64,000 nucleotides of DNA from the human T2T-CHM13v2.0 reference genome, Homo sapiens. The notes beneath the pieces were generated by a model. The model did not search any database and was not told the origin of the DNA. It was given only the letters and a program-made list of their open reading frames with translations. Each line of letters starts with the position of its first letter. Position 1 is the stretch's first letter. Positions 16,671 to 31,573 of this stretch are shown here, in pieces. The translations under genes were made by a program, and so were the position numbers. The stretch lies in the NCBI RefSeq assembly GCF_009914755.1, contig NC_060934.1. The stretch is one strand, 5' to 3'.

Positions 16671-19120
16671 CACATCCCTGGGTATTTTTATCAATTGCCA
16701 CAGAGGCAATGAAGGCTTACTAAGAAAATCAGGAGTTTGGGGGACAGTCAAACTCATGTTCAAAGCCTGGCTTTACCTCTTACAAACCCTTTGGACCACA
16801 GACAAATTACTTAATCTCTTAAATTTTTCTTTCTTCCTTTGTAAAATGGGGTAATTCCTGTCTCATCTGGTAGCTCTGAGGATTAGATAAAGTAATATAC
16901 ATCAAGCAGCTCATGCTACATCTGGTAGGGCACAGGTTCAGGGACAAGCAGTGATTTTCACGATGCCCTGGGATTTCCTGACAAGTCTTTACTTGTGAGT
17001 GAGCAAAATGTACAGCTACCATGTAATGTTAACAGACTTTTCACATATTAGAATGAAGAGAAGAACACGGTCCCACTATTATATTTCCTAACAGTTTATT
17101 TATAACAAAAGAATGTTTTAAAATTTTTATTGCTCACTGCATATATTTTGTTTTTATGTTCCTGGGAATGCTATAACAAAGCCAGGCTGATCTGAGTAAG
17201 GATGTTGATTATTATAGGGAATTTATGGGTACAAATAATTTAACCCAAAATAACCAGTTACCTGCGACAAAACTAGGTCGCGTCTTGTGTTTTAGATTAC
17301 ACATAATAAGTGCTTCTTCCCAGCACCTGTTCCCTTCAGTGTTTTTCAAAATGTTATCCTATAATTTACCATTAACTCAATTTTATCACTTAGTTTGGTC
17401 TCCACAATACCATGTGGTTTTATTTTCACAAGGACAGCCCCATCCTTCAAGACCAGGAGTGGCAATCTAGTCATTGGTGGGGGCACAGACTCCAGTGTTG
17501 AAATATGTTTATTAAGAACCTTTCCTTTCTTCTTGCTGATTTGGTATTTAACTCCTGTCTACTTGCTTTTGTAAAGTTTTGGTGAACTAAGCATTTGTTG
17601 GTTTCTTTATCCCGTTCCCACATTCTCAGCTCAGCAAAAAACCTTTCCCCATAAAACCCACAAAGAATAACGTGAAGATAACCTTGTCTTTAGGATCATC
17701 CCCCAAGGGAAGTCTAATCACCAGTAAAAGGTACAGGGCTTAAAAAGAGCGGAAATAAGCTTAGTTGGGTTTTTCTTTAAATGGGTTTACAGTTTCAGCT
17801 CATCTCATTCTCAGACTTCATCACAGGGAGCAAATGACATTAGGAAACCAGAAAAATGACATTCCATGGTTGCTTTGGAGCAATACCCTCATTATTGCTA
17901 AACTGAGAGTTGTTTGATCAGTGATTTATCCAATTATTCAAGTTATAATTCAACTTCCTTATTACATTTGTACTTCTAACAGTAACGTGAGCTGACAACT
18001 TCAATCAGGCCACCAAGAGGTACCTAGAGACATATACATATATTTTTTATGCCATTGAATTTTTAAGTTTATTCTTGTATTGTTTAGCTATTTTAGAATG
18101 CCTCACAAAGTTTAAATTTAACACCAAAACTGGGAAACTTAAAAATAACTAGAAGCAGAAGTCTGAATTGGACATGTTAGATTTTTTTTTCCATTTGTTG
18201 TGACCATGTTTTCCATCTTTGTGGCCCTAGACTCTCTTCAGCTTTCTCTGTCTCCTTCTTTCTTTCTTTCCTGTTTCCTTCTTTTTTATCCCCTTCAACT
18301 TCCTTCTGCCACTCCCACTGTCTTCATTTAACGTGTTTGAGAGACATTTTCCAGATGTTAAGGTAACAGGCAAAAACTCACAGGAGAGAAACACAGATGA
18401 CCTAAATATTGAGTGTGATCCGGTATTCCTAATTCTCTGAAGATGAAAGTGATTCAATTTACCTCCCTGTGTAGAGCTTACCCAACAATTATATAAACCA
18501 GGATTGAATTTTGAGAATGAGCTGAATCTAGATAAAATCTAATGTGTTCTATATGGTATATTATTATATCTCATTATAAAATATGATTTTGAAGTAGGCA
18601 CAATTTATCCATTTATTCTGTAAATCACTCATATGGACAATATCGATGGAGTAACAATTGTGCAAGGCCTGGGGATTTAATCAGAATGTAGCTTTTGATT
18701 TCAGATTTAGGTTATAAAATGTACTTTAGGATTTGACGGTTAGGTGTCACTGCAAAGTGGGTAGGAAAGAACGAAAAATCACTGTAGCATGATGTGGTCC
18801 TGTTGAGAATGTTGATCCCTGCCCACCCCACCCTCAGCCACCCTCCAACCTTGGAAATAGGGTTGGGCGGGGGGCTTGAAAATTTGGGACTTCAATATTA
18901 CTTTCTAATACATAGAGTCTTTCACTCTGACAGCTAAGGTGCTTTCCAGAAATTATCTGCTTTATCCCCATCACATTCTTAAATAGTTGTAATATTTCAA
19001 ATTGATCAGTTTTTTAGTAGATAAAAATTGAGATTCAAAACGTTATAGGGCTTTTCTAAAGCCGTATCACCAAGCAATGATATCATGCATCAATCAGCTC
19101 TTTCCATCTGGCCATATGTC

Positions 19121-19420
19121 TTTTTTTCTTTCTTTTTTTTTTTTTTTTTTAGATGGATTTTTTTGCTCTTGTTCCTCAGGCTGGGCACAATCTTGGCTCA
19201 CCACAACCTTCACCTCCCAGGTTCAAGCGATTCTCCTGCCTCAGCCTCCCGAGTAGCTGGGATTACAGGCATGTGCCACCATGCCTGACTAATTTTGTAT
19301 TTTTAGTAGAGACAGGGTTTCTCCATGTTGGTCAAGCTGGCCTCGAACTCCCGACCTCAGGTGATTCACACACCTCGGCCTCCCAAAGTGCTGAGATTAC
19401 AGGCGTGAGCCACCATGCCC

Positions 19421-19451
<31 letters not shown>

Positions 19452-19744
19452 TGGGACGGAGTTTTGCTCTTGTTGCCCAGGCTGGAGTGCAATGGTGCTA
19501 TCTTGGGTCACTGGGTCACTGCAACCTCTGCCTCCTGGGTTCAAGTGATTCTCCTGCCTCAGCCTCCCAAGTAGCTGGGTTTGTAAGCATGCACCACCAT
19601 GCCTGGCTAATTTTTTGTATTTTTAGTAGAGACGGGGTTTCACCATGTAGGCCAGGCTGGTCTTGGACTCCTGACCTCAAGTGATCTGCCTGCCTCAGCC
19701 TCCTAAAGTGCCAGTATTACAGGCGTGAGCCACCGTGCCCAGCC
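19121..19744 (-). mobile_element. Two tandem AluS copies (19121-19423 and 19424-19744)
   Basis: Two reverse Alus abutting at a poly-T; GCTCTTGTT AluSq/Sp-like motif. Confidence 0.9.
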
Positions 19745-19977
19745 TACCTGAACATATTTATACATTTGTTGGACTGTAATTCATTCTGTCCTTGTTATAT
19801 ATGTGCTTGGGTATTTTTGCCTTGGTCTCTTAGCAAAGGTCTCTGAACTGACCTTAATGCAACCTGACTCAGTCTCCATGTGACAAATACCCCAGGTGGA
19901 GGAAGGCAGACAGTGGCCCTCGTCATCAGCATGTGTGCTCTGGGCAACAGGGGCTGGCTGGGAGCTTTGAGTCCAGG

Positions 19978-20446
19978 TGAGAGGTGAAGCCAGTTGGACT
20001 TCCTGGGTCAAGTGGGGACTTGGAGAACTTTTCTGTCTTACAAGAGGATTGTAAAATGCACCAATCAGCGCTCTGTAGCTAGCAAGAGGATTGTAAAATG
20101 CACCAATCAACGCTCTGTAAAATGCACCAATCAGCAGGATCCTAAAAGTACCCAATCACAGGGAGGATTGAAAAAAGGGCACTCTGATAGGACAAAAATG
20201 GAACATGGGAGGGGGCAATAAGGGAATAAAAGCTGGCCACCCCAGCCAGCAGCCGCAACCTGCTCGGGTACCCTTCCACGCTGCGGAAGTTTTGTTTTTT
20301 TGCTCTTTACAATAAACCCTGCTACCGCTCACTCTTTGGGTCCATGCCAATTTTAAGAGCTGTAACACTCACCACGAAGGTCCATGGCTTCATTCTTGAA
20401 GTCAGTGAGACCACAAACCCACCAGAAGGAACCAACTCCAGAAACA
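19978..20446 (+). mobile_element. Solo ERV9 LTR (LTR12F-like), antisense to CUBN
   Basis: TGAGAGGTGAAGCCAG start, repeated TGTAAAATGCACCAATCA units, AATAAA, CA end, 4-bp TSD CAGG (19974-19977 and 20447-20450). Confidence 0.9.
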
Positions 20447-23442
20447 CAGGCACTGCCACCACTTGTCCCTGAGGGTGCGTCTTCCCCATCTGTCTTCCTG
20501 TGCTGTCTGTCCCCCTGCTGTCTTGCAGGGGACACCCCTCAGTCTCTCCTTGGCAACTCACTAATTGAAATGCCTGCAGACCTCCCATCTAATAGAGCCA
20601 AGTTCCATTTTCTACACTGAAGTTTTGCTGAAGTGTTATAGAATACATCATTTTAGAAAAAAAAAATGAAACAATGATGCTACTGCACAGTAAATAAATA
20701 AGTTTACTGAAAGCCCCTGATCTAACCCTATGTGTAGAAGTTTGATGTGTAGTGTGACATGCATATTGTGAATAGGCCAAGCAACTCTCTGGTATGAGAC
20801 CCCCTCAGGAAGAACTGGAGGCTCTGATGGTTAAAAATACGTTTGCAAGTGTGAAGTGATTTGTACAGGACACACATAAACAGAGTCAAGGCAGGAGACG
20901 ACCCTGCTGGTAAAGGAAGGGGCAGCAACTAAACTAGCAGAAGTTAACAGGACAGAAGGTACTTAAAAGCATCCGTTCTGCCTATAGGCCATGCCCACTT
21001 AGCCAAATCCACAGAACCAACAGCTTTTTAAACTTTATAGGAGCATAGAAGCCATTGACAATCTGATGCAAACTATGAACTCGGTTAGGAAAAATGCTCC
21101 GATTTGCAGATTATTTCAGAGTTTCACAGATTGCTGCAGCCCAGTGTGATCATTTTGCTGGTTGTCAGCCATTCAGGATCAATTATTCATATAGCATTGG
21201 AGCACAGGGGGGAGACAAGCAGGCACATTTCCATTGCAGTTAGAGATCAGCTCATGCTTGCCAAATGTGCTTTCTCCTTACCTTGCATCCATGCATATGG
21301 GCCTCCAGCAGCAGAAGTTCCGAGGAAAAAGGAGACCCAATTTCACTACATATTTAGTAATTAGCAACTAGGGATAGTTCCCCCAAATTTGCTGTGACTC
21401 GCTAGCAATACAAATATAACAAATGCACAAGGCGAATTGAACCTAATAGTCACATAATTATATAAGCCAATCTCTTCATCCTGAAAAATTGAAGCAGATG
21501 TACATAAAACATTGCCAAGTGTATAATCTAAATAGCAAATCTGCAAAACCCTACTTAGTGTTTTAGTTAAGATCGAAACGGAAATGTCATAGACTAAAAT
21601 GGTCTCCTCTTCACATCAATTATTTACTAAGTGAAGATATTGTTTTCCAGGCTGAGCAAACAGCTTTGTAAATGAAAATCCACTATCTGGTCCACAAAGT
21701 TGATTTCCCTCTCTTCAGGGGAAAGACAGAGTTGTTTTACATAAATGAGTTGGAGGCAAAAGGGGCATCCTATTAGCCAAGTTTGTCTTCATCCAAAGCT
21801 ATAACTAAACGACCCTATAAACCTTACAGTCAAAGCTATTCTTATTGTTCCTTCCCCCTCTCCTCACTACAAACAATAAAAACCAAAATGAAACAAAATT
21901 TGAAAGTTATGCAGAATGATCAATAAACTTGTCAGTGTGTGGTCTTGAAAGCTTTGTAAGACCACTGCAATGCAAAATCATAATACTTAGGTTTTCACTT
22001 AAACATTACCATCAAAGAGTAGTTACAATGACTTGAAGTATTTCCAAGTGGCTGATGGCATTTATGCAGATGAAAAAGAGGTAAAAATCATCTTCATGAA
22101 ATACAGGGGTAACACAATGCTGGCAAGGAGTTCCGTTTCTACATTCTCCACTTAAACCTTTTCCCTAACTGTGGCCAGAGGAAAACAGTAAGTGACTGTA
22201 ATTGTTCAATGACTCGTGCATAGAGAATGCTTCTGACAGTGTAAGACTTTTCCTTCTGTTAAATCACAATAGGTCTAAAAATGTCTTCTTTGTGGCTTGG
22301 AAAGACATGGTAATTTAATGAGGCTAGGGAACCCTGGCTCACTTGAGAAGCTTCATGCAGATGATAGCAGTGAGGAGATTGTTAACACAACAATTACCAT
22401 TTTCTTGTGAGACTATATTAGGAAAAAGAAAAACAACTTGAAAGGTAGCAAAGCAAATGCAGACATAGGACATTTGGTCTAAAGTCTGTGCTAAAGGCAA
22501 GAATATATCCCTTTTTTGTGCAAAAAAAAATCTCCAAAGGAAAATTAATTTTTCTTTCAAAATAGCCTTCTGGCTTTTGTATGCTACTTCACCTACACAA
22601 TTCTGTTAAGGCAACACTCTCTCACTGCCCGTGAGACTTGCTTTCAAGTTACTGTTGAGACAGCTAAGTAGGGGAGGTGGCAAAGGGATTTTCTGATACA
22701 ATTTGTCTTGAGGTGTGTGGTTTACCGGGAAGCCTTCAAAACACAATGTCTAATTGCTTTCCTCAAGTACTGCATGGAAAAATTCACATGCCCAATATCA
22801 AGAAGTTGAAGGTAAACTCCGTTTTGCATCAGAGAAACGAAGTTTATCCACACTATGGAAGAAACAGAAAGTTTGAAAAGTGAATCAGGGTTATTATTAC
22901 AGAAAACTGCCTGGATTTTTCTGAGTCTTCACAGAGTATGAGATTTGTTTGGAGAGTTGTGCATTTTTAGAACATTAATCACATCTATATTCAAAAGGAA
23001 AAGGATCAAAACACTTTCCAGAGTCGAATATTAATGATCTTAGACTGTGTCACTGATGCTGTTAGAATAGCCAAACAGGTAATTGATTAACTACCTTTTA
23101 TTTTAAATTATTCAAAATTCTGAGTTAATTTGATATGGGTATTTCTCACCAGTGGTGTTTGATGTGGATAATTTATTTCTCACATGCAGTGGGAGTAATC
23201 TGGGGCATATTTTCAGTTTATCCTCTCACCTAACTTTACCTACCCCCGCTACATCACCCTCTCCAGTCCAAATTCCTTCTCAAGCATCAGCTTCCAACTA
23301 GACAGCTCCATTTAAACAGGTCTTCCAACTTAAAATACTCCAAATTAAATAAAACATTTCTCCCTTAAATCTTAGTCTCCTAAGCCACCATCATCCAACA
23401 AATTACCTATAGAAAGTCATCCTCAATTCATGTCCTCATTAA

Positions 23443-23919
<477 letters not shown>

Positions 23920-24110
23920 TGAGTGATTTTTTTACAACATTAAAATATGTCATACGTAAGTTTTAAAACCAAGCCCTTACATGGCATATTCTTCTAAGCT
24001 TCAAGGAAAAGCAATCATAATCAGGTGGGGGTGGGGGGGGGGCGGGGAAATTAAATAAAGCAGAAAGGTAACAGTCCTGACAAATAGATTTACAAGTCCA
24101 GAATTCTTAC

Positions 24111-24328
24111 CCAATGTCTGCCGGAAAGACATCTTCCAGCCTTTTGCTGTCTGAAATGAATCTGTCTTGAACACCAGGAGCATACTATTATTGCTGCTCT
24201 TCACATTTGGTGGGCGCTTGGAACCGCAGAATTTGCCAAGAAGGGGATCGCTGGTATTGGCACCATCGTAAATTGCCAGGTAGTCATGGGAGCAGGAGGT
24301 GGAGGGAACCACATCAAAATCACTGAAC
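24111..24328 (-). CDS. CUBN: CUBN exon (probably 59), 218 nt, rest of CUB23: FSDFDVVPSTSCSHDYLAIYDG...AKGWKMSFRQTL
   Basis: Acceptor ATTTCACAG|G and donor TTGG|GTAAGA; phase 2 to 1. Confidence 0.95.
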
Positions 24329-24892
24329 CTGTGAAATGTACCTTGTTAATACTGATGTTTCCATTTGGACTTCTATTAAATTGTAGCTTTAGCTCTTGCA
24401 AAAAAAATGACAAGGAAAAAACTACCAGTAGAGCATTCAAAACTCACTTGATATGAAATATTAGAAATCAAACAGTACTTTACTGATCAGTTCAAAAGTT
24501 TAGCCAAATTTGTTTTTAGTAATTACAATACAACAAAAACTGTGACAGCAGCTGGGGATGTCAAAGTGAGTAAGATACAGTCTTACTTTTCAAGGAATTC
24601 ACAGTCTAGGGCATATTAAAGTCCATCTGAGAACAACTTTTGACAAGTTGAACTGATATTTACTATCCCAGCAATACTTTAGTTTTTTAGGTCTCATTAA
24701 AAATACCATATTTACTCTTCCCTTGTTATTTTATGAGATGAAGTAGAACTTATGGGAAGCATGTTAATATAATAGAAGAAATGCTGCTTTTAGAATCACA
24801 GCTCCATTCTCCTCACAGTCTCATTTTCCTCTTTTAAAATGAAGTTTATGTTAAGGTCAGGTGAAGAACAGGAAATTTACATTTAAGACCTC

Positions 24893-25293
24893 TGTGGTGG
24901 TCACTGACACTTCTGCACATGGTCCCAGCTCTCTGCCTCCCCAGCACTGGTAGGATTGCCCTAGGGGCACACTTTGAGGCTTGACATGGCTGCTAGGAGT
25001 TGCTTTGACCACAGAAATGTAAGCAGAAGGGATACATATTACTTTACGGAAGAAGCTTTACAAATGACTACTTGCTTTGCCACACTGCCTTCCCACTGCA
25101 GTGATGATCATGGAAGCAAATGTAAAAACGAAGCTTCCATCAGCCTGGGTTGTTGGATGACCACGATGAGCAGAGCTTCCATGCCAGGCCACACTGAACA
25201 TGCTCATTACAATGAGAAATCAACTTGTTGAGTTAAGCTGCTGTGAGGTGGAGTTGTTTGTTACTATGTGCATAACCTATCCTGACAGATGCA
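24893..25293 (+). mobile_element. MaLR LTR (MLT1 family)
   Basis: Diverged MLT1-type 3' end GAGAAATCAACTTGTTGAGTTAAGC...GTTTGTTACT. Confidence 0.6.
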
Positions 25294-25464
25294 TCCCTAA
25301 CTTTTCTCTGTCTTATACAGTGTTTAATTCAGGTCTTATTCTTTGTCATTTCAAATAACGATTTCTAGAGTTCCTGAACAAGCAAGGCTTCTTACATGGA
25401 TTTACTTTAGAGTTTTGTGGTGGGTTTATTATAGCTTATTTTTAAAACTTGTTTAAAAAAATAA

Positions 25465-25815
<351 letters not shown>

Positions 25816-26417
25816 GCATTTTCAATTTATTTTGGCAGTAGCTCTAATAAACAATCCATAATATGGAATAATTTTGAAAATATAGACTAAATAATATATA
25901 TTTATATATAAAATATATAATAAATGCTTCCTTTCAACAGCCTTGAGAAAAAAAATTGTTGGTTTTTTTTCTAAAAGGTTTTGGTTGGTTGAAGGTTTTT
26001 AGACTGATGAGGAACAAGATGAAAACCGTATTGATTTTCTTTTACCACATTTAACATTTAATGTTATTGTAAAAGATCAGGGAAGAACAATAGCTAGATA
26101 ATTTCCAACAACACTGTATTCATTTTAATTCTCTACAGACAACACATTTATTTTTCACAAAAAGAATCCACAAAGAGAGATAAAATCTGAGTTTCTAAGA
26201 GGACTTAAATCTGCTTTGGCTTTTTATTTTACATCATTTTCCCAGGAGAGCACAGAAGAGATCTGAAAAGCCCATTGACAGAAAAGCTTGTGTAACCACA
26301 ATCTTTTGAGAGCCTTTTATTAATGTCTGCATCTTCTACCACACCTAGAATCTTATCTGTTTCCTAGAATGTAGGCTCTTAGTGCGCAATAAATAATTTT
26401 CTAAACCTGCAGATGTA

Positions 26418-26878
<461 letters not shown>

Positions 26879-26896
26879 CTATGAGTTGGTATGTAT

Positions 26897-27198
26897 ACCA
26901 TGGTTGGAATGTTTGTGTTCCCCTAAATTCATATGTTCCCTAAGCTAATGGTATAGGAAGTGGGGCCTATGGGAGGTGATTAGGTCATGGGGGAGGACCC
27001 CTCACAAATGGGATTAGTGTTTTATAAGAGGCCCTTCCAGCTCATGAAGACACAGCAAGAAGGTACCTTCTATAAGCCAGAAAACAGGAGCTCACCAGAC
27101 AACGAATCTGCCTCGACCTTGGACTTTTGCAGCCTTTTGTTGTTTATAAGCCACCCAGTTTATGATATTTTGTTAAAGCAACCTGAACAGAACAAGGC
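26897..27198 (+). mobile_element. MaLR LTR (MLT1A/MST-like)
   Basis: GAATGTTTGTGTTCCCCTAAATTCATATGTT start and TTGTTGTTTATAAGCCACCCAGTTTATG end. Confidence 0.75.
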
Positions 27199-27914
27199 AA
27201 TAATCAATCCTACACATATGAGAAACAAATAGTGAGTCACAGTAGCAAATGGCTCCCCCTTACACTTTCACGCCTGTGCAGGCATACTTCACAGAACTCC
27301 TGCTCCTGGCCATCTGACAGTTTCTGTTCTTTTGTCCCCAAGACCTAAAAGACACTCTGTTTTCCTACAAATAGTCCAGGTAAGAGCTGCAGTTTTCTTC
27401 GAGGTCCAGCCTATAGAACGCCTGATACAGGAACCAAATCAGGCTTGATGAGAGATGTCTTTCATCAAGACATCTCTTGTTCACTTGGAGAGCCAACTGA
27501 TACATGAGGCCTCTGGAAGTAAACTGCAGGGAGTACAGAATCTTTAGGGTAGAAAATGATCACAGACAAATAGAGGGGAGGTAGGTAGGTAGGTAGGTAG
27601 GTAGGTGTGGTCTTAGCCCATCAGGCTTCTGTATGGAAAGTCCTACATGACCATGAACAATATTACTGTCAGAGTTTCCCACCACATGCCATACGTATAT
27701 CACTGAAATAGGCTGTCAGGTGAAAACAGTCTTGAACTTTATCATTCTGGAGAGTGGGAGGTTGCATTGCCCTCATCAGTCTTGTTGGGAATAGGTAAGA
27801 CTGGGAAGAAAATTGACCAGTGACTCAAGCTATCTCTCATAGCATCAGTTTAGAGGTGTTCTGACACAGGTATAAAAATAGATTTCTTAAGTAGTTAGAA
27901 AATGTATCCTTTGA

Positions 27915-28324
<410 letters not shown>

Positions 28325-28849
28325 TTACTTTTGGAAAGCAATTTGATCCTTCTGAGCCTCAGTTTCCTCATCAGTGAAATGGGAATAATCTATACAATTC
28401 CCAATCTAGAATCTATATATACCTCATATGACTGTTTTAAGAATACAATGAGACAATTACGGCACGTGTGAATCAAAGTTCTTTGTGTATAATAAATACC
28501 CAACACATGGCAACTGCTTTCTCTTGCCCTTCCTCTCTCCTTTGATTTCAAGATGGGCTTATTATACCTTGACAATCCATGTTATGATGCTCCTTCACAA
28601 TTGTTGGGAAACTATAACGACTGTTTTAACTGGTGAGTGCTTGTTTTTTGCCCTTAGTTACTACCGGCTTGTGTGGAGAGGGGGAGCGTCATTTCCCAGG
28701 TTGAACTGTCATCTAGGAACATCACTCCTCTGTGTAGATTTCCCTCCAGACTGCCGATGAGAATCAGTGCCCTCCATCAATAAACGAATGGCTCTTCTAT
28801 AAATAATGCTGAAAGGATTTTCTTAAGAAAGCCAATTTGTCTTACGTAC

Positions 28850-28979
28850 TTGAGCTCGATCACCTTGTCGTCACTAACGGTGATGGTATACAGACAGTGC
28901 ATATCATTTGGGTAGTCTGCGTATGAATAGGCAGGACTTGTGATGATTCCAGAAGAGAAATTGAACACACCACCACAGG
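28850..28979 (-). CDS. CUBN: CUBN exon (probably 58), 130 nt, start of CUB23: SCGGVFNFSSGIITSPAYSYADYPNDMHCLYTITVSDDKVIEL(K)
   Basis: Acceptor CTGTTGCAG|CC and donor CAA|GTACGT; phase 1 to 2 is required for frame with the next exon. Confidence 0.93.
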
Positions 28980-31372
28980 CTGCAACAGAAGACAAGGGAA
29001 TATGAAGAGAACAACGATTAGTCCCAGCATGGAAAAATGATTTTAAGAGATTCTATACTATTGTACATTTTTCCCTAAAAGAGGTAATAATTATTTTTCT
29101 TAAAGTGACTTATATCTCCCTTCATTGTGTTTACACATAATTCTGATTTTTCCACTAGGAAGGAAGATGAAAGACAGCAAGAGGGTAGAAACAGGGAAGA
29201 ATATTTAAAGGCTCATCTTGGAAAGGAATCAGTCTGAGTCAAATTAATGGCCAGAGTGAAAATGACGAGCAGGAACATTTCACCATCACTTAGCTGTATT
29301 TCATTGACAGGTTGAGAGAGGGATGACAACAGTAACGAAGTACGGAAAAGGCGGCCAGAATGATGTTCTGGGCGTACAGATCTAGGAAGGTTGTGATCTG
29401 GAAATCTGAAATAATAGAGATCCCTGTCTCTCCTGTCAGGGATAGAATATTATATGGTAAACTACTGGAAATCATTTTTGGAGCTTTCCAGTTTAGTTCC
29501 TTCTGTGGGCTCAAATGTATAGCTCTCCAGTCTGGTGGATTTGCAGTCAGTTGTGAGACTGGTAAGGACTAAACTTGCCCCAGTTTGTATTAATATCACT
29601 GATCCTCAATCCTCAACAAGCAGGAGGAGGCCAGGCCCGTTCCTCTCCAGGATTCCAGCAATTAACAGCTCAGAGCCTTGAGCTAGATCCATTAGTCAAT
29701 AAAACGACAGACATAAAAATGTAATAAAGCCTTCTTATCCACAATATAAAGTGATTATTTTTGCTTGGGTTTACATATGAGGATCAGATTGTACCTCCTG
29801 ATGATCACTCTCCCTGCAGTGGAAAGACCTATCTATGTATATTTATGATTCTAAAATTATAATGGGGTTAACGCATTTTGAAGTATTTCCATGGTTTATA
29901 CACTATCAGTGGACACGTTCCACTTTACATCCTCAGAAATGAGGAACAAATTGAGGCTGCCATGTCAGGCTCTTTATTTCTTTACTGTTTTTGCCTCAAC
30001 TGAGCCCACCTTGCAGGGAGCACTCTTCTCTATGTGCCTGTAAGTACTTGTGTGTTCAGACCCCCAGGTCCATCTGTAAAAGTGAATTACATGTCAGATA
30101 AGGGTAGCAATCACTCCTTTTCACTTTATACACAATTATGTGGTCTCTGGAAGTTTATCAAGGCCTAAATAACTCCCATCTTTGCACAATATCAGCATTT
30201 GAAGTCTTCACATCAACGACACTCTTTAAGTGGGACTCTTATACTAGAATATATTGAATCTTGACTACTTCCTTGTAGGAAAATGAGAGATTAAAGAGAA
30301 GAAGAATATAAAGCAGGAGTTTACCTCTCCAAAGCAGCAGTTGTGCCAAAAGAATAAAACAAATCCATCCTTCTCTTTATTCAACAAGACGACGGGAGAG
30401 GAAACGTTAATTGCGTGGTTCTATTCTGCTAGAGCCAACAGAGCTACACAGCCATATGTAGTCATACTTTACAAACTGTGGGAGTCAGGATGCCGATAGC
30501 AGCTAATGTGAACAAATTATGGAGGGCCTTTTCAGAAGTAAATACATGTTTTTAGTCTTCTCTGGAGATGGGAACAATAATTTATTCCAAGGGAAACTAT
30601 TTAACTTTCTACCTTTAGCAATGGGTTTGGTGGAGCAAAGATGAAATAGACTCAAGAAAGATGTTACAAGATTTGTGTGCCAGTTTGACTGCAGCTGAGA
30701 TGTCTATTAGATAGTGCATAAATATTGTCAGCAAACTAACCAGGCAGGAGGGGAAAAGACTATTCAAGATCAGGAAATGCAATCTTAGAATTTTCTGGGT
30801 AGCAACAAATGCCTCTGTCCAGTCTATTGCTCCTCTTTTCTCTTTGCCTTTGATGCAGAGAAGTTGTAAATTATAGCATAGTTGAATATATCAATCTTTT
30901 CCATTAGGGCTTTTGTTTTGGGCATAGTGTTTTAAAAAAGTCTTTCCTATCAGACTGTAAAGACATTCTCTTATATTTCTTCTAAATATATAAAATATTA
31001 ATTTTTGTATTAGCAAAATGACTTGGGGAAACAAAACAGGCATCTGGATAATTTGGACCAACAGGCAACTTTGTGTAAGGTAAGAAAAACAAAAAAATAG
31101 CAGTAGTATTTATTTAAATTAAATTACAAAACAAATGTCAATTCTTCATTTGATTTTCAGAGTAGTTCTAGCCAAAGTTCATGAAAAAGGTCCTCTTCTT
31201 TTTAAGAAAAAATGTGTATATGTATTTTTTAACCATGAACCTCACTGACAATCTTTTTCCCTTAAATTCTCTGAATCTTCAAGTTAGTGCTGTATGAATC
31301 GCAGTGAAAACTCTTTGTATACATTACTCAGAAAAGAAGAAAATTCCAAACTCTGTCATTATGGCTACTCAC

Positions 31373-31573
31373 AGATTATCCTATAGGAAAACTTGAATCC
31401 GAAGTCTGTGATTTGCTCGTTGGAGTAGAAGTTAAGCAGAACCGGCCCAGCGATGGTGAGGGGAGCTGGCATCTCATCCCCACACACAGTAGCAAATGGG
31501 GTGGACATGACGCTGTAACCTCTGATAATGTGCACGCCATCGTTGACACAGCTTCCCGTCACAGCGGAACGAG
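31373..31573 (-). CDS. CUBN: CUBN exon (probably 57), 201 nt, C-terminal part of CUB22: [19 protein letters not shown]...[10 protein letters not shown]
   Basis: Acceptor CCTTTTCCAG|CT and donor ATCT|GTGAGT; phase 1-1. Confidence 0.95.
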
